Assembly (NCBI GenBank): GCA_964016885.1
Contig: OZ024752.1
Coordinates: 48,484,001 to 48,548,000, forward strand
Source: Eledone cirrhosa
Lineage: Eukaryota
Reading direction: 5' to 3'
Length of the DNA: 64,000 bases
The first letter of the stretch is position 1; each line of letters starts with the position of its first letter. Position numbers and translations under genes: made by a program. Of the stretch, positions 61,301-64,000 are shown one piece after another. The notes under the pieces were generated by a model. The model had not been told where the DNA came from. It worked only from the letters and a program-made list of their open reading frames with translations, and did not search any database.

Positions 61301-61520
61301 CCCTTTAGCATTTAAACCAACCATATCTGGCCAGTATTATCTCACTACTTTCTTTTCAAACCGGCTGTAACTGGCCACTCATACTAATGTTAAGGTATGG
61401 TTCTCAAAATAATACTATCAAAATCTAATAGATTCGATATTATGTGAAATAATCATGTAAGGTAAAACCTTTACCACAAAAATACAATAGTATATATAGA
61501 GTAATGTAAATGCTAAAGGG
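61301..61520. mobile_element. Family M MITE (a partial copy follows at ~61605-61690)
   Basis: TTAA|CCCTTTAGCATTTA ... TAAATGCTAAAGGG. Confidence 0.88.
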
Positions 61521-61700
61521 TTACATTTTAAAACATAGGTTTTAGTGCCAGAATCAGGCGCAGTTTGAGGTTGGTTGGCATAAAAAAGTTTCCATTTAAA
61601 AAAGATTTTGTGAGATAATTATGTGAGGTAAAACCTTTACCACTAAAATACAATAGTAAATATAGAGTAATGTAAATGCTGAAGGGTTAATACAAAATAC

Positions 61701-61842
61701 CTGTCTGTCCACCAGTACAACCACTGCAATACTTAATACAAATGTAGTGAGGGATGAAAAGCTTTGAATTTTTTCTGATGAGAAAAACTTTGATCAAGAC
61801 AAGAAGATCAGCTGAAGGAATAAAATAAGGATATGCAGAGAC
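61701..61842 (-). other. Candidate exon (coding status unclear)
   Basis: Acceptor TTTTTTTAG at 61843 (alternative TTATTCCTTCAG at 61812), donor CAG|GTATTT; one frame is open (VSAYPYFIPSADLL...CSGCTGGQT). Confidence 0.3.
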
Positions 61843-62107
61843 CTAAAAAAAGTTCAAAATGTCATGCACAAAATTTCAGTAAACTGTGATGGTTGTAGTT
61901 GTGAGTAATGAGGGAGAATTCAGGCCCCTGCACATTTTTGGTGGGCATGATTCTAATATGTAAAATTGCTTCTATGAGTGATAGCTTATCTGTATATTGT
62001 ATACATTTATTGAGATATTTAAGTATTAGAGACAAATAACCTTTAATTAATAGGCTTTCCTAAGTATTTCCTTCAAATGAAACAGATCTAGTCCCGTAGT
62101 AGCCATT

Positions 62108-62159
<52 letters not shown>

Positions 62160-62164
62160 ACAGG

Positions 62165-62373
62165 AACGATTGACTTTCGTCAAATCGGACTGAGGGAACA
62201 ATGTTTCCGTTGGTCTTTCCAATTGCTAATACTATCTATCGGTCGCAACTCCAGGTAGAAGGAGCAATGTGAAATAAAGTGTCTTGCTCAAGGACATAAC
62301 GCATCGCCTGGTCCAGGAATCGAACTCACAACCTCACGATTGCGAATCCAATTCTCTAAGCCACACGCCTTCA
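62165..62373 (-). mobile_element. SINE family S2, intact
   Basis: Reverse complement of 50348-50552. Confidence 0.88.
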
Positions 62374-62735
62374 CAGTATATACATACATATATATATATA
62401 TACATATATATGTATATATATATATACATACATATATGTGCATACATACATATATATATTAATATATATATATACATACATATATATATATATGTAAGTA
62501 TGTATATAATAGTTTGCCAGCTAATAACATGTAAATATTTATATTCTATTTATAGTTTAACAGTTTCTTCTTCTTAAACACACACATAAGTATATACATA
62601 CATATACATGTATATACACATACATATATATATATATACAAACATATATACACACATATATACATCACCCATATCAGCTGCACAGATTAATCAATGTGCA
62701 AGTAAAAATGTACAACAATGATAATATATTAATTA

Positions 62736-62778
<43 letters not shown>

Positions 62779-62897
62779 TATATATATATAATAACAATAA
62801 TAATATAAATAAATACATAAATCATAATAATAAGATATATATGTATATGTATATATATATACATATATATATATATACGTGTGTGTGTGTATGTATA

Positions 62898-62929
<32 letters not shown>

Positions 62930-62995
62930 CACTCACACATATATATATATAATAACAATGATAGTATAAATAAATACATAAATCATAATAATAAG

Positions 62996-63044
<49 letters not shown>

Positions 63045-63107
63045 CATGTGTGTGTGTATATATATGTATATATATATATAAAAAATATACAACCAACACA
63101 TACTCAA

Positions 63108-63139
<32 letters not shown>

Positions 63140-63143
63140 CATA

Positions 63144-63211
<68 letters not shown>

Positions 63212-63302
63212 TACATATACATATGTATATATATATATATATATAAATATATGTATATATATATATATATATACACACACATACATATACATATATATAT
63301 AC

Positions 63303-63349
<47 letters not shown>

Positions 63350-63370
63350 TACATATACATATATATATAC

Positions 63371-63443
<73 letters not shown>

Positions 63444-63559
63444 TATATACATATATTTGCCATAAATATCATTAGGGCCAGTACTATCACTGTTAAGAAC
63501 AATGCTAAGAATAATAAATGAGTAACAGGAGGAAGGAATGGGGAGGGGGGAATATTAGC

Positions 63560-63649
<90 letters not shown>

Positions 63650-63651
63650 TA

Positions 63652-64000
63652 ATGGCTGCGCAAGAGCAGGCCCTCAAAACGAAGTGGTTGAAACACCATA
63701 TTTACAAGGAGGAGGCTAGCCCACTGTGCAGGATCTGTGGAGAGAGAGAGAGGAGACTGTGGCTCACATTGTATCCGAGTGTAAACACCTAGCCCAGACT
63801 CACTATAAGGGCTGGAGACATGATGTGATGGGCAGGGTGATCCACTGGCACCTATGCAAAGTAAACAATTTACCACATTCTGAGAAGTGGTATTAGCATA
63901 AGCCAGAGTCGGTGATGGAAAACGATCAGGTGAAGGTGCTGTGGGACTTTAGGATACAGACGGACAAGAAACTGGAACACAATAGGCCTGACCTGGTGGT
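63652..64000 (+). pseudogene. R4/Dong-like non-LTR retrotransposon C-terminal region (CCHC knuckle plus REL endonuclease), 5'-truncated, runs off the window
   Basis: AAQEQALKT...CRICG(frameshift)ETVAHIVSEC...RHD...IHW.LC...WY*HKPE.V.EN...VLWDF.IQTD..LEHNRPDLVV; directly follows (CAA)n(TAA)n. Confidence 0.9.

Overview
AT-rich, gene-poor eukaryotic DNA, most likely a long intron or intergenic region. It is saturated with (TA)n, (CA)n, (GA)n, (CCA)n, (CAA)n and (TAG)n microsatellites. The repeat landscape looks like a coleoid cephalopod (octopus-like) genome; this is an inference and no database search was run. Almost all long ORFs in the track are microsatellite artefacts. Supported content: three tRNA-headed SINE families, TTAA-flanked piggyBac-type MITEs (two of which have expanded internal satellites), a Tc1/mariner-type MITE, and degenerate LINE fragments (CR1/L2, RTE, CRE-like, and an R4/Dong-like element after a (TAA)n tract). 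There are also 61-, 54-, 17- and 113-bp tandem arrays and a few candidate minus-strand exons of an unidentified gene. The main signal is a set of ten type I hammerhead ribozyme motifs (CUGANGA...GAAA...NUH with paired stems I-III) from about seven unrelated sequence families. They sit in short non-coding elements in or near (TA)n tracts, several with a recurring tail-arm-inverted-arm layout. This is consistent with non-autonomous or truncated Penelope-like retroelements. All folds were paired by eye, not computed.
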